Shown here: piece by piece, positions 53,201-64,000 of the stretch | Position numbering within the stretch: position 1 is the stretch's first letter | How the letters are laid out: the number at the start of each line of letters is the position of its first letter | Assembly (NCBI GenBank): GCA_043228905.1 | Contig: JBHGNT010000020.1 | Coordinates: 13,764,001-13,828,000 of the forward strand | Length of the DNA stretch: 64,000 nt | Direction of reading: 5' to 3' | Source: Azolla caroliniana | Lineage: Eukaryota; Plantae; Polypodiophyta | Position numbers and translations under genes: made by a program | Notes under the pieces: generated by a model | Seen by the model: only the letters and a program-made list of their open reading frames with translations | Databases searched by the model: none | Told to the model about the DNA's origin: nothing

Positions 53201-54259
53201 ATAATTCACATTAGGGTATTCCAAACATATTGGTTTCAATCACTAAATGTACGATTGAGCTATACTCGATTATCTCGTTGCATTCCAATGTTCTGGTCAC
53301 ATTTATGCTTACCATGAGAGTTTACACAAAACTCTATCACAAGCTTTGAACATTGGTAAAAAATTATCGTCGGTAGTGGCACCAAAAGATGTGTGAGTTT
53401 AGGGTTTCCTTCCAAATACCATTCTTCACCTATTATATATAGGGATGGATCATTAGATGGGGTAAGATGAACTTCTACCCTAATGCTGGTGACATGGGTA
53501 TAGCACTTAGGTAAGTTTCAATTAATTAAGCATTTTTGCTCTCAATACTAATCAAGATACATATAAGTTTCTTAAACAACTTAATCTGCATGTTTAATTA
53601 ATTATAAGAACTGGGGGACTAGGAAATATGTACAAGTGAGGCCACACATCTTATGAAGAAGTGTTTTAAGACTTTGGAACATACTTAGATGGGAAGGGTC
53701 GAGCATTAAGGAATGAGAGAGAAGGATTAAGAGATTAATTAAGCGCAGGATTAATTAATCACGAAGGAAGTATGAAAAAAGAGAGAGGTTAACGGTTGGG
53801 TTTGATCTGATTAGTCTTAAATATTTGCATTGATTGCCATTAGGCTAGGCCTTTTCACACCTTCTAAGTATATGTATCCTATCTCTGTTCGGTTTTGTTC
53901 TTCTTATTCAAAGAGAAGCCGTTACAGAGAGCATGACTCTTCAATTTCCATCGTTTCTTTCAATTAAATTTATTTTTTTAAACCTCAGTCAGGATGCATC
54001 AGCAGCAGCCGCAGCAGAGACTGATGAAGCCACCATCGCCCACTTCTTGATTTATTAAAGATGCAGAAGAAATCATCTGGTAATGCAATCCTATCGAATT
54101 CTCTCCTTCTTCTTTCTTTGTCTCCAATGTTAATCTTCTTCATCATCAAATATTTTTCACCCATTCCTCATGACGAAGAAATTGTTTCCATTTTAATGAA
54201 GTTATCATAAGGATTTGGATAAAACATGAAACAGGGCACAGTTTATTATACAATACCAG

Positions 54260-54264
54260 AGAAG

Positions 54265-54294
<30 letters not shown>
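54260..54294. repeat. (GAA)n microsatellite upstream of the ACA start codon
   Basis: Perfect GAA run. Confidence 0.9.
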
Positions 54295-54295
<1 letters not shown>

Positions 54296-54343
54296 GTTTG
54301 TTGCTAGTTTGTATATTACACAAAGAAAAAGAAGTGCAATATT

Positions 54344-57300
54344 ATGGATGGGCAGCCCCAATACATCCGGGGCATGGAGTCAGGAGGCCACACAAGTGTC
54401 CGGGTGGGTGCTGATATGGCCGGCCCCGGTGTCCTGCCAATGGCTGCCCAAACTGCACCAGTTTCTCCTCAACCTCAATTCATAAGAGGTACCGAGTCAC
54501 CATCTTCGGAGAATGCAAGCTCTTGGGATATTCTCCGAAAGGCCAAGACAAATGATGAAGAATCTCAACTTGGTTTATTTCGACAATTAGATCCTAAAAA
54601 TGAAGAAGAAGAATATGATGATGAGATTAACAAGAATATCGAGGTGAAGAAGGGCTCCCCAGAAGCATTGAAGAAATGGAAGACTGTCACTCTAGTGTTG
54701 AATGCTACTCGTCGGTTCCGATGTTCGGTTCATGCAAATTTTGATGAAAATGAGAAACAGAAGCAAGATACAGCCCCAGAGATGCTCCAAAAAGAAGCCC
54801 CCACATGCCAACCTGCCTTATCACCAATGTCAGATGGATTCAAGATGTCTGCTACCCAATTGACAGATCTAATTCGAAACCGAGACTTGGACAGTCTCCG
54901 GCATCTTGGTGATGCCCCAGGGATTTCTGCCTGCCTTCACACTGAGCTTGAGAGAGGCATCGAAGGCTCAGTTTCAGACCTTGAGAATCGCAAACAAGCA
55001 TTCGGATCCAACACTTACCCTCAGAAGCCCCCGCGTTGGTTCGTGTCTTTCTTGTGGGATGCTTGCAAGGACCCCACCCTCATGATCCTTATGGTATGTG
55101 CTTTGGTCTCTCTGGTGTTTGGCATACGTGGTCATGGATGGAAAGAAGGATGGTATGATGGTGCTAGTATTGCTTTCGCAGTTATTCTGGTTGTTTTTGT
55201 GACATCAACCAGTGATTACAAGCAATCTCTGCAGTTCCGAGCTTTAAATGAAGAGAAGCGAAATGTCCAGGTTCAGGTGATGAGAGGAGGCCGGAGACTC
55301 ACAGTTTCAATCTTCGACATAGTTGTCGGAGATATAGTTATCCTCAGGATCGGAGACCAGGTCCCGGCTGATGGGATCTTTGTGCAAGGCTATTCATTGA
55401 CAATTGACGAGTCAAGCATGACCGGAGAAAGCAAGCCAGTAAATGTGAATGCTACCACAAAACCGTTTCTACTCTCAGGTTGCAAAGTCAGTGATGGGTT
55501 TGGGACCATGCTTGTCACTGGGGTTGGAGTGAATACCGAATGGGGCCAACTCATGGCAGTCATTGGAGAAGAAATACACGAAGAAACACCCCTCCAGGTT
55601 CGTCTCAACGGTGTAGCTACTTTTATCGGAAAGATCGGATTGATAGTAGCTATGCTTGTGCTCCTCATTCTTGTCATTTTTTACTTCATCGGGCATGAAG
55701 ATGGTTCGAATAACTCCGGACGATTCAAGGCTGGAAAGACCTCAGCTAGTGATGCTGTGAACAGTGTAGTAGATATCTTCGCTATCTCCGTCACTATAAT
55801 AGTTGTTGCAGTGCCGGAAGGTTTGCCATTAGCGGTCACCCTTACGCTTGCCTACTCGATGAAGAAAATGATGGTGGATAGAGCCCTTGTGAGGAAACTA
55901 TCAGCTTGTGAGACCATGGGTGGAGCTACATGCATTTGTACCGATAAAACAGGCACTCTTACGCTCAACCAAATGAATATTGTGAAAGCATGGGTAGCCG
56001 GAGATTTCCGAACCGATAGCCTCCTACGAAAGCATATTGTGCCGGATGTGTTCGACCTCCTCCTTGAAGGCTTAGCTCAAAATAGTAGTGGTAATGTCTT
56101 TATTCCACCACAGCCTTCTACAGAGCCTGAGGTGACAGGGTCCCCCACGGAGAAGGCAGTGCTAATGTGGGGGCTCAAGCTCGGAATGGATTTCGAGAAG
56201 ATAAGAGCTCGGACTGTGATTGTGCAAGTCGAGGCGTTCAATTCAACTAAGAAACGTGGGGGTGTGGCCGTTCAATCCGATGTGGGGAAGGTTCGAGCTC
56301 ACTGGAAAGGAGCAGCCGAGATTGTGCTACATGAGTGTGAATCGACTGTACTAGAAGACAGCTCCACAATCCCCATTACTGAATGCAAAAGACAGGATCT
56401 CCTTCGAGTCATCGAAGGCATGGCGAGTGAGAGCTTGCGATGCATCGCTTTTGCATACCGAGATATCACCAAGGAACAATGCGACACAACAAAGGGGGAG
56501 TGGAAGATTCCGGAATCGGGCCTGTGCTTGATAGCCATGGTAGGAATCAAGGACCCTTGTAGGCCAGGTGTGGTAGAGGCTGTGAAGATTTGCCAAGATG
56601 CCGGTATAAGAGTAAGGATGGTCACTGGTGACAACATTTTCACGGCAAAAGCGATTGCAATTGAGTGTGGAATCCTCGGTGAAGTTGGGATCGCCATTGA
56701 GGGCCCCACCTTCCGAAACTATAACGATGAAGAGAGAAAGGCAAAGCTCCATGACATTGTGGTAATGGCTCGATCCTCGCCCTCCGATAAGTTACTCATG
56801 GTGAAGACATTACGAGAAATGGGTCATGTAGTGGCTGTGACTGGTGACGGGACCAATGATGCCCCCGCATTGCACGAAGCGAACGTTGGTCTTGCAATGG
56901 GCATCCAAGGCACAGAAGTTGCTAAAGATAGCTCAGACATCATCATACTCGATGACAATTTCGCATCGGTCGTGAAGGTCGTGAGGTGGGGCCGATCCGT
57001 ATATGCTAACATACAAAAGTTCATTCAATTTCAGCTTACGGTGAATGTGGCTGCGCTAACTATCAACTTTGTGGCTGCTGTCTCGTGTGGCCATGTCCCG
57101 CTGAATGCCGTCCAACTCTTGTGGGTGAACCTCATCATGGATACACTAGGTGCACTAGCCCTAGCCACCGAGCCGCCTTCGGATGAACTCATGAGCATGC
57201 CACCCATCACTCCGAAAGCTCCCATCATCTCCCCAATCATGTGGAGAAACATCCTTGGACAAGCCCTCTACCAAATCATCATCCTCTTGGTGCTCCAGTT

Positions 57301-57694
57301 TCGAGGAAAGGATATCTTGAGGCTGACCCAATCGAATGCCGAGCAAACCAACATGACCATTATCTTCAATGCCTTCGTCTTGTGCCAACTCTTCAATGAG
57401 GTGAATGCTAGGAAGCCAAACAATATCAACATCTTCGAAGGGCTCACCGACAATCACTTGTTCATCGGGATCATGTTCACCACTTTGTTTCTTCAGGTCA
57501 TCATCGTCGAATTCCTCAACAAGTTTGCAACGACAATTAGCCTCAAGTGGCAACAGTGGCTCATATCCATTGCCATTGGATTTATAAGTTGGCCCCTTGG
57601 TGCCATTCTAAAGATCCTCTTTACCGAGAACCGGATCCGTTCAATTCAAGTGTTGTATGCTTACCTCAAGTCTCGGAGCCACCACTTACCATAG
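54344..57694 (+). CDS. ACA: Autoinhibited Ca2+-transporting P2B ATPase (ACA8/9/10-like), intronless, 1116 aa
   Basis: CaM-binding/autoinhibitory motif LKKWKTVTLVLNATRRFR, TGES, PEGLPLA, DKTGT phosphorylation site, KGAAE, GDGTNDAPAL, LLWVNLIMD. Confidence 0.97.
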   Translation: MDGQPQYIRGMESGGHTSVRVGADMAGPGVLPMAAQTAPVSPQPQFIRGTESPSSENASSWDILRKAKTNDEESQLGLFRQLDPKNEEEEYDDEINKNIEVKKGSPEALKKWKTVTLVLNATRRFRCSVHANFDENEKQKQDTAPEMLQKEAPTCQPALSPMSDGFKMSATQLTDLIRNRDLDSLRHLGDAPGISACLHTELERGIEGSVSDLENRKQAFGSNTYPQKPPRWFVSFLWDACKDPTLMILMVCALVSLVFGIRGHGWKEGWYDGASIAFAVILVVFVTSTSDYKQSLQFRALNEEKRNVQVQVMRGGRRLTVSIFDIVVGDIVILRIGDQVPADGIFVQGYSLTIDESSMTGESKPVNVNATTKPFLLSGCKVSDGFGTMLVTGVGVNTEWGQLMAVIGEEIHEETPLQVRLNGVATFIGKIGLIVAMLVLLILVIFYFIGHEDGSNNSGRFKAGKTSASDAVNSVVDIFAISVTIIVVAVPEGLPLAVTLTLAYSMKKMMVDRALVRKLSACETMGGATCICTDKTGTLTLNQMNIVKAWVAGDFRTDSLLRKHIVPDVFDLLLEGLAQNSSGNVFIPPQPSTEPEVTGSPTEKAVLMWGLKLGMDFEKIRARTVIVQVEAFNSTKKRGGVAVQSDVGKVRAHWKGAAEIVLHECESTVLEDSSTIPITECKRQDLLRVIEGMASESLRCIAFAYRDITKEQCDTTKGEWKIPESGLCLIAMVGIKDPCRPGVVEAVKICQDAGIRVRMVTGDNIFTAKAIAIECGILGEVGIAIEGPTFRNYNDEERKAKLHDIVVMARSSPSDKLLMVKTLREMGHVVAVTGDGTNDAPALHEANVGLAMGIQGTEVAKDSSDIIILDDNFASVVKVVRWGRSVYANIQKFIQFQLTVNVAALTINFVAAVSCGHVPLNAVQLLWVNLIMDTLGALALATEPPSDELMSMPPITPKAPIISPIMWRNILGQALYQIIILLVLQFRGKDILRLTQSNAEQTNMTIIFNAFVLCQLFNEVNARKPNNINIFEGLTDNHLFIGIMFTTLFLQVIIVEFLNKFATTISLKWQQWLISIAIGFISWPLGAILKILFTENRIRSIQVLYAYLKSRSHHLP

Positions 57695-57863
57695 ATGACA
57701 AATATACATTACAAATTAATGATACACACGATCATTTACAACAATATTGCCTCTTCTTGCGAACCGAAATTCAAAGTTGTACACAATCCTCTATAGTTGG
57801 TCAACTTGGTTGCCTTCATAGATGAGAATGTAAATAGTTTTGTCACTCATCGGTGAAAGAGCA

Positions 57864-57920
57864 CCACAAATGTGCACACACAAATGTGCACACTTCACCA
57901 CAAATGTGCACACTTCACAC
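57864..57920. repeat. Short tandem repeat cacaaatgtgcacac(ttcac)
   Basis: Three degenerate copies. Confidence 0.7.
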
Positions 57921-58559
57921 CAATTTTTATTGTTGATCTATATTCCGTAGTGGAGGAACAAAAGGAAGGAAAGTATCAAGTTCCACTAAATTTGTATATT
58001 ATAAATACTTACTTGACGTTGCTAATAGCAATATTCAAAGTTGTATATAAAAAATGTATTCCACTTATCAAGCTTCTGGTGAAGTTCAAATGAGTGATGT
58101 AATTCATCCATGTGTACGCAAAAAGTATTGTTCCTTATTTGTAATACCATACTTGTAATGCCAGACATTGTTGAACCCAACAAGGATCATGAGTCATGAC
58201 CATCCGTGACTAAAGCAAATGCGCCAATGATCACACCATGGAGCCAATCAACATAACATTTGGACAAACAAATATAAAGTTCTATTCATGCTCTAGTTGT
58301 GAAAAGTCAAATCTTCCAAGGTGTCTTGTGCTTGAAATTTCCCAAAACACCTTTTATAGACATTCAAACTTGTCCATTGTGTTTGCATAAATACCTTTTG
58401 CCATTTCATCTTACATTTGTTGTGTTGGCATGTCTATTCATGATGTGTTCACATAAATACCTTTCACCATTTCATCTTAAATTAATACTATGAAGCAAGC
58501 AATGGTTTATCTTTTGCATGTTTGGCAACTTTATTCTTGTGCCTATAGGCATGTATCAA

Positions 58560-59070
58560 GTCTAAGCATCATGTTCAACTAGTAAACAATCGATGAGCAT
58601 AGGTCCCTTGTTTTCTCTATGGCATGCAATTTAATTGAGGCAAGGAAAGATCTTGTTTTATTGTGTGACCATTTGTATAAACCATCGAAATCGTGGTATC
58701 TAACGTAGCCGTTGTAAAACCCTAATTTGTAAGATAATCTTTGTATATTTTGCCCATATTTTTTTATCTTAATCGCGTGTTAATCATCATTCAAGTCATC
58801 GCTCATATAAAGTCCGAAGACCTTGGTCGACATGTCTTTTCAGAACAAAGTTTTGTCCAACGAGTGTTTGTTTGACGAGTAAAGGTTGGCAAGACCTTTG
58901 GTCGGCGAGTCCTAAGGTTTATGAGCCCTTAGATTGACGAGCTCCAAAGGTCGACGAGTGGGAAAAGTCAATGAGCGAGAAAGGTTGAAGAGGGAAAAAG
59001 GTTGACGAGTCCTTTGGTCGATGAGCTTGTTCAACAAGCTTGTCCAATGAGCAAGAGTTTTCGACAAAAG
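58560..59070. repeat. LTR-like dispersed repeat followed by a degenerate gtcgacgag array
   Basis: Similar to 14120-14230, with many (g/t)tcgacgagt variants at 58820-59070. Confidence 0.5.
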
Positions 59071-60454
59071 GACAACAAGAGGACAAAAAATCTTAATGAA
59101 AAAGAAGCTAAAGTGTTTCTAGAAGTGATTTTCATAGTTTTTTAACTAAGGGCTTATCCCCTCACATTGGGGTTGTCATTGGCCTAAACCTCTAGGAGCA
59201 ATTTTGTTGTATTACATTAAGTTTATTATCCATGTTGATGCCAATGTCTTCTTGGGTCATGCTACAGAGTATGGGTACTTAACATGCATGACGAAAACCT
59301 GTGATGTGTACACTCATAGTTGTATGGTATCCTTGGAAATTTGGGCAACGCATGTTTTCTTACACCATGTATCTGGTAGTTTCTCATCTCACGATGCTTG
59401 TGGTCCAAGGTGGGAGGTGTAAAGAGGAATATAGAGTGAAGGAACTACACTCACTAGTGATTAGTATGTTGCCATGCAACGGTTGGTTGTACAACACTCT
59501 TTTAATCTATTTATAAGTTTTACATATGATATTTCTATTGGTTCGCACTAATAAAGTTTTTCATTCGAAGAATTTAATCCCTTAACATTTTTCTCAAATC
59601 TTGTCTTAAAAGCAAAATGATCAATGTGGTTCCATTTCATCCATTTTCGAGCAAAGGTTTTGAGGAAATATTTGTGCACAGAGATAATTTCATTTAGGAT
59701 TTCTTTATGAAGGATGTGGGCCCACTTCTTGACTTGTTTATCGAGGATCAACCATAAACCTCGTACTTGAATCATGTTTGAGAAGGGCTCAAAGGCTCGA
59801 TAGACTTGTTCGACTCACTTAATGTATCATGTGTGTCTCCTTCCCAATATACTTTCGCAACATCATACTTATGTGGGTAGATTTACCTTGATTGCTAGAT
59901 AATCATTGTGAAGTCACGGTGTGTTGTTGCCTTTGGACCATTGTAGTTGCTAGTGAGTCCATTGTTTGGCCTAAAGTTGTTTGAAACATATTGTCTCCAT
60001 TCCTAAATAATTTAGCGCCATCATGCTTATGTGGGTGGATGTGGTTGCTAGAGAATCGATGTTATGGCATTGTGTGTTGTTGCCCTTGAGGCTTGGACCA
60101 TCATAGTGTTAATGAGTGTGTTTCTTGGCACGTGTTGCTATGTCCATGGAATTCTACCCGCCAAGGATGTTGCATGTGGGTAGTACATTATACCTTCTGG
60201 TCCAACATCTTGTTGATGAATGGAGGTCTCTATTTGAGGTGGTCAAAATATCCTATTCTAAGATTTCCTCCTACCACTAAGGGTGGTTTGGGAGAAATAT
60301 CTCTCTTTCATCATTCCTTTCGTTCAACCCAAGTTGGACTTCTTGGGCTATTGTATATGAGAATTTCTCTTTTAGGTAAGAGGTAAATTTATATTGCGAG
60401 TGGAAAATATTTTCATTAATAAGGATATTATTTTTGGTAAGGTTGATCAGTATT

Positions 60455-60900
60455 CACTCATCGAAGGTGAACTCTAATCATTTATTGAAAATCTAGGAGA
60501 CATTAATGTTTTAGCACTCATTGAAAATTGAACTTGAACGATTCCTCGAAAATCTAGGACTTGTCGAAGGTAGAATTTGATGATCGTTGATGTTGATTCA
60601 TCAAAGTTGAGCTTTGAGCTTTGATGATTTGTTGAAATCGACGATTCCTCGAAGTTTTAGCACTCATTGAAGTTGAAGTTCAACAATTAGGCGAAAATTT
60701 AGGACCTATCAAAGGTAGACTTTGATGATTCATTGAAGTTGAACTCATCGATGTTGACTTATCAAACTTGAGTTTCGATGATTTGTTGAAAGTCTACGAT
60801 TTATCAAAGTTTTAATGCTCATTGATGTTGAGCTTCAAAGATTTGTGGAAAATCTAGAACTCGTCGAAGTTCGCTTTGATTATTTGTCAAAGTTCTAGTG
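60455..60900. repeat. Degenerate tandem array (ctcatcgaagttgaa-like units)
   Basis: Recurrent tcat(c/t)gaagttga, gaaaatctagga and ttgatgatt units. Confidence 0.65.
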
Positions 60901-61224
60901 GTTAGGTGGTCTTAAATGCCATGAGGTGGGTGTTATGTCGAGAAATCAGCCTTGTCAACCGTCTTTAAGCCTTGATATCCCCAACTTCAAGGTAAGGTTT
61001 TGTATCATTGATTAGCTAAACAAAATACTAATGACACGAAAAAAAAATTACCCCACTAAACAACAATTAAAATTTTGTGTGGAACCGTCATTCACACCAC
61101 TATTTTGTATGCCTTGGAATCTTATTAAAAGTTTGATCGGGCACTTGTTGACACCCACAACATACCAATTGTTTAGTAAAAAGGTTGGTTCTACCTACTT
61201 AACATAAAACATGAATATAATACT

Positions 61225-61309
61225 TGTTGGAAGCAATGTCGTCAGTGCGGAAGATCAAGAAGCACTCGATTCCTGTTTATTCCCTGTGTATGACAGTTTC
61301 TATGTCGTT

Positions 61310-61346
<37 letters not shown>

Positions 61347-64000
61347 CACAAAAGAGTCTTTATTTCATAAAGAAGAATAATACAACAACCAACCTCACAA
61401 AGAGGTTACAAGGTCACTATATATAGTGACCGACTTAGGGCAACTACCCTTTATGCTAATTACATAAATGGCCGAAACGGGATGGTGTGAATACGTCCAT
61501 TATACACATGTATTCGACACTCCCCCGTAATGGGCGTATACATGGGTTATCTAAGATTACAGGTATAGACTTAGGTTCTCGGACATATCAGCTTTGTTCG
61601 AGTCGGCAGGGTCCGAAGGCAGAAGACCGAACTGGTCGGGTCGGAACAGTTGAAGCCGATCATTAAGGAACTGATGTCGGTTGTCGGGAACCATCCTGCT
61701 CTGTGTCCGGCTCTAACCGGACTGGTTTGTCGTTACGCCCATCTGATGCCGAAGAGACCGAAAACGGTCTGCCGAAAGACACTTGGTCATTCCATCTGCG
61801 ACATTGTCGGTTGTGGATATTTTCTCTAGACCGATTTTCCCTGAAATGACGCAGTCCCGAACGAAGTGATATCGAACGTCGATATGTTTGGAGGCGTTGT
61901 GGTGAACCGGATTTTTCGACAAGGCAACAGCACCTTGACTGTCGCTGTAGACAACTGGAGCCGAGTCATGTTCGACTTGTCGAAACGTGTGCGCCAGCCG
62001 ACCGAGCCACAAAGCTTCTTTTACTGCGTCGGACGCAGCTACATATTCTGCTTCGGTCGTTGAGGTCGCTGTGCACTCCTGAAGTTTCGACTTCCACGAG
62101 ATTGCTCCATTGCCGAATTTGAAGCAGTATCCGGTTGTTGATTTCCGACTGTCTATACAGCCGGCGAAGTCCGAGTCGGTGTAACCGACTACGCCTGAGG
62201 TTCGGTTCGGACCGAAAAGAATGCCGTGATCTTTTGTGCCAGCCAGATATCTGAACACATGCTTGACTGCGTTCCAATGCGATCGGCCAGGATTGTGCAT
62301 AAATCTGCTAACGACTCCTACGGCATGAGAGATATCAGGCCGTGTCGCGACCATCAGGTACATAAGGGAGCCGACTGCCGGTGCATACGGTACCGACTTC
62401 ATATCTTCCCCCTCCGAACCGGATGTCGGGCAGTCTCGCTGAGAGAGCCGAAGATTCATAGGGAGCGGGGTTGAAGCAGATTTGGCTGATTGCATGTTGA
62501 AGCGTTCCAAGACACGTCCGATATAGTCGGTCTGAGACAAAAAAAGATGTCGTTTATCGCGATGCCGACTAATCTTCATGCCAAGGATGTGTCGTGCCGG
62601 ACCGAGGTCCTTCATGGCAAACTTCAACCGCAGTTGCCGAACGAGATCGGCAAGTTCGCCCGCGTGGCGTCCAGAAATTAGCATGTCGTCCACGTAAATG
62701 ATGAGGAAGATGGGTGATCCATCTTGAGATGTATTGGTGAAGAGACAATGGTCCTCATCGCTTTTGGAGAAGCCGATCGATTGGATGAAGTCGTCGAACT
62801 TCTTGTACCATTGTCGCGGTGCCTGTTTGAGGCCGTATAGACTCTTCCTGAGTCGGCAGACTAGATGTTCTTGGCCGGTCGCCACGAAGCCTTTTGGCTG
62901 CTCCATATAAATTTCCTCCTCGAGATCACCATGGAGGAAGGCTGTTTTGACATCTAGCTGAATCAGCTCCAAGTTGTCGGCTGCCACTACGCCGAGTAGG
63001 AAACGAAGGGTTGTCATTTTCACCACTGGTGAAAAGATCTCGTCGAAGTCGACGCCATATTCTTGTCGGAAGCCCTTCGCAACTAATCTGGCCTTGTACT
63101 TTGGGGTGGTCGAATCAGACGTCTCTTTTAGTCGATAAACCCACTTGCAAGGAAGAGCACGTCGGTTCCTAGGTAATTCGACCAGATCCCAAGTCTTGTT
63201 TGCCCGGATGGAGTGCATTTCCGACTCCATCGCCAGATGCCAGGTGGCTGAATCGACAGATGTCGATGCTTCTTCGTAAGACGTCGGTTCGCCGGCGTCG
63301 GTGAAGAAAATTCCAGGAGAATACCTCTCCGGAGGTTGCGACAGTCTCTCGGATCGTCGAGGTATGATTGGACTGGTCGCATCGGGTATCGAGGTCGGAT
63401 GGTCCGAAACCGAATCATTCGGCTGTGCCGAGTCAGAGTTGTCCGAGTCGGTAGTGTAAGGTTCAGCTACCCGTGGAGCGGACCGTGTGTTGAGAGCGGG
63501 GCCTTCTTGAAGGGTCGGCACATCGGAGAATGTTACCCTTCGGACTTCGATCGGTTTTTCGACTGATGGATTCATAGCCGACTCGTTGAACACAACGTCC
63601 GAACTTCGAACGATTTGTCTGCGTTCGGGGTCCCAGAGTCGGTATCCCATTTCGCCGTCTGATCCATATCCAAGGAAAATGCATTTCCTGGACCGAGGTG
63701 CAAGTTTTCGGCGATCATCTTTCGGAATAAGGGCGTACGCCTCGCATCCGAAGATCCTCAGCTTGTCGTAATTCGGCTTACTGCCGATCCATAGTTCCTG
63801 AGGAATTTGAAGTCCTAGAGGTCTACTTGGCGACATATTGATTATGTGTACTGCCGTGAGTAGAGCCTCTGCCCAGAAGCCATCCGACAGTCGGGAGTGT
63901 TGGAGCATGGAAACTATCCGTTCTTGGATTGTCCGATTCATTCGTTCTGCAATCCCGTTTTGCTCCGGACTGTGTGGTGCCGTAAATTCACGTCGGATGC
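61225..64000 (-). mobile_element. Copia-3 (Tnt1/Tork-like), 3' part, running off the window
   Basis: 3' LTR 61225-61519 (TG...CA, with an internal CT microsatellite) and PPT gggggag at 61520-61526. LTR and RNase H are related to Copia-1. Confidence 0.92.
61713..64000 (-). CDS. Copia pol (integrase C-terminal half, RT, RNase H), partial
   Basis: Open frame with FWAEA, KARLVAKGF, QLDVKTAFLHG, SLYGLKQAPRQW, YVDD, YTDSDFAG and KHIDVRYHF. Confidence 0.95.
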   Translation of the reverse strand, partial: IRREFTAPHSPEQNGIAERMNRTIQERIVSMLQHSRLSDGFWAEALLTAVHIINMSPSRPLGLQIPQELWIGSKPNYDKLRIFGCEAYALIPKDDRRKLAPRSRKCIFLGYGSDGEMGYRLWDPERRQIVRSSDVVFNESAMNPSVEKPIEVRRVTFSDVPTLQEGPALNTRSAPRVAEPYTTDSDNSDSAQPNDSVSDHPTSIPDATSPIIPRRSERLSQPPERYSPGIFFTDAGEPTSYEEASTSVDSATWHLAMESEMHSIRANKTWDLVELPRNRRALPCKWVYRLKETSDSTTPKYKARLVAKGFRQEYGVDFDEIFSPVVKMTTLRFLLGVVAADNLELIQLDVKTAFLHGDLEEEIYMEQPKGFVATGQEHLVCRLRKSLYGLKQAPRQWYKKFDDFIQSIGFSKSDEDHCLFTNTSQDGSPIFLIIYVDDMLISGRHAGELADLVRQLRLKFAMKDLGPARHILGMKISRHRDKRHLFLSQTDYIGRVLERFNMQSAKSASTPLPMNLRLSQRDCPTSGSEGEDMKSVPYAPAVGSLMYLMVATRPDISHAVGVVSRFMHNPGRSHWNAVKHVFRYLAGTKDHGILFGPNRTSGVVGYTDSDFAGCIDSRKSTTGYCFKFGNGAISWKSKLQECTATSTTEAEYVAASDAVKEALWLGRLAHTFRQVEHDSAPVVYSDSQGAVALSKNPVHHNASKHIDVRYHFVRDCVISGKIGLEKISTTDNVADGMTKCLSADRFRSLRHQMGVTTNQSG

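Noticed and set aside
52322-53470. Possible further solo LTR truncating the Copia-1 3' LTR
   Set aside because: It looks repeat-like, but I could not find termini, a TSD or a second copy.
56299-57553. Minus-strand ORFs within the ACA gene
   Set aside because: Antisense shadows of the ATPase reading frame.

Overview
Eukaryotic land-plant genomic DNA, probably a fern or other non-seed plant (inferred from gene style and transposon families). There are three host genes: a 10-exon family-3 aldehyde dehydrogenase (minus, 3554-6807), a 10-exon SIS3-like membrane RING-H2 E3 ligase (minus, 19003-23906) containing a U12-type intron, and an intronless ACA-type P2B Ca2+-ATPase (plus, 54344-57694). Positions 25306-52320 hold a nest of six LTR retrotransposons: two Copia, one chromovirus-like Gypsy and three related tRNA-Trp-primed Gypsy elements. 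The three are A (AT-rich, two nonsense codons, chimeric LTR), B (gag-only, non-autonomous) and C (intact, identical LTRs, 4-bp TSD). A further Copia with an open pol runs off the right edge. LINE remnants, MITE-like repeats, tandem repeats and a ~100 bp 25S rDNA fragment are also present. The strongest candidates for something undescribed are all in the Trp-primed Gypsy group: three tRNA-like A-box/B-box modules inside the LTR of A, a conserved GGAUUUU-UAG -1 frameshift signal with a covarying hairpin/pseudoknot, and a B/C non-autonomous/autonomous pair. I cannot show from sequence alone that any of these is new.
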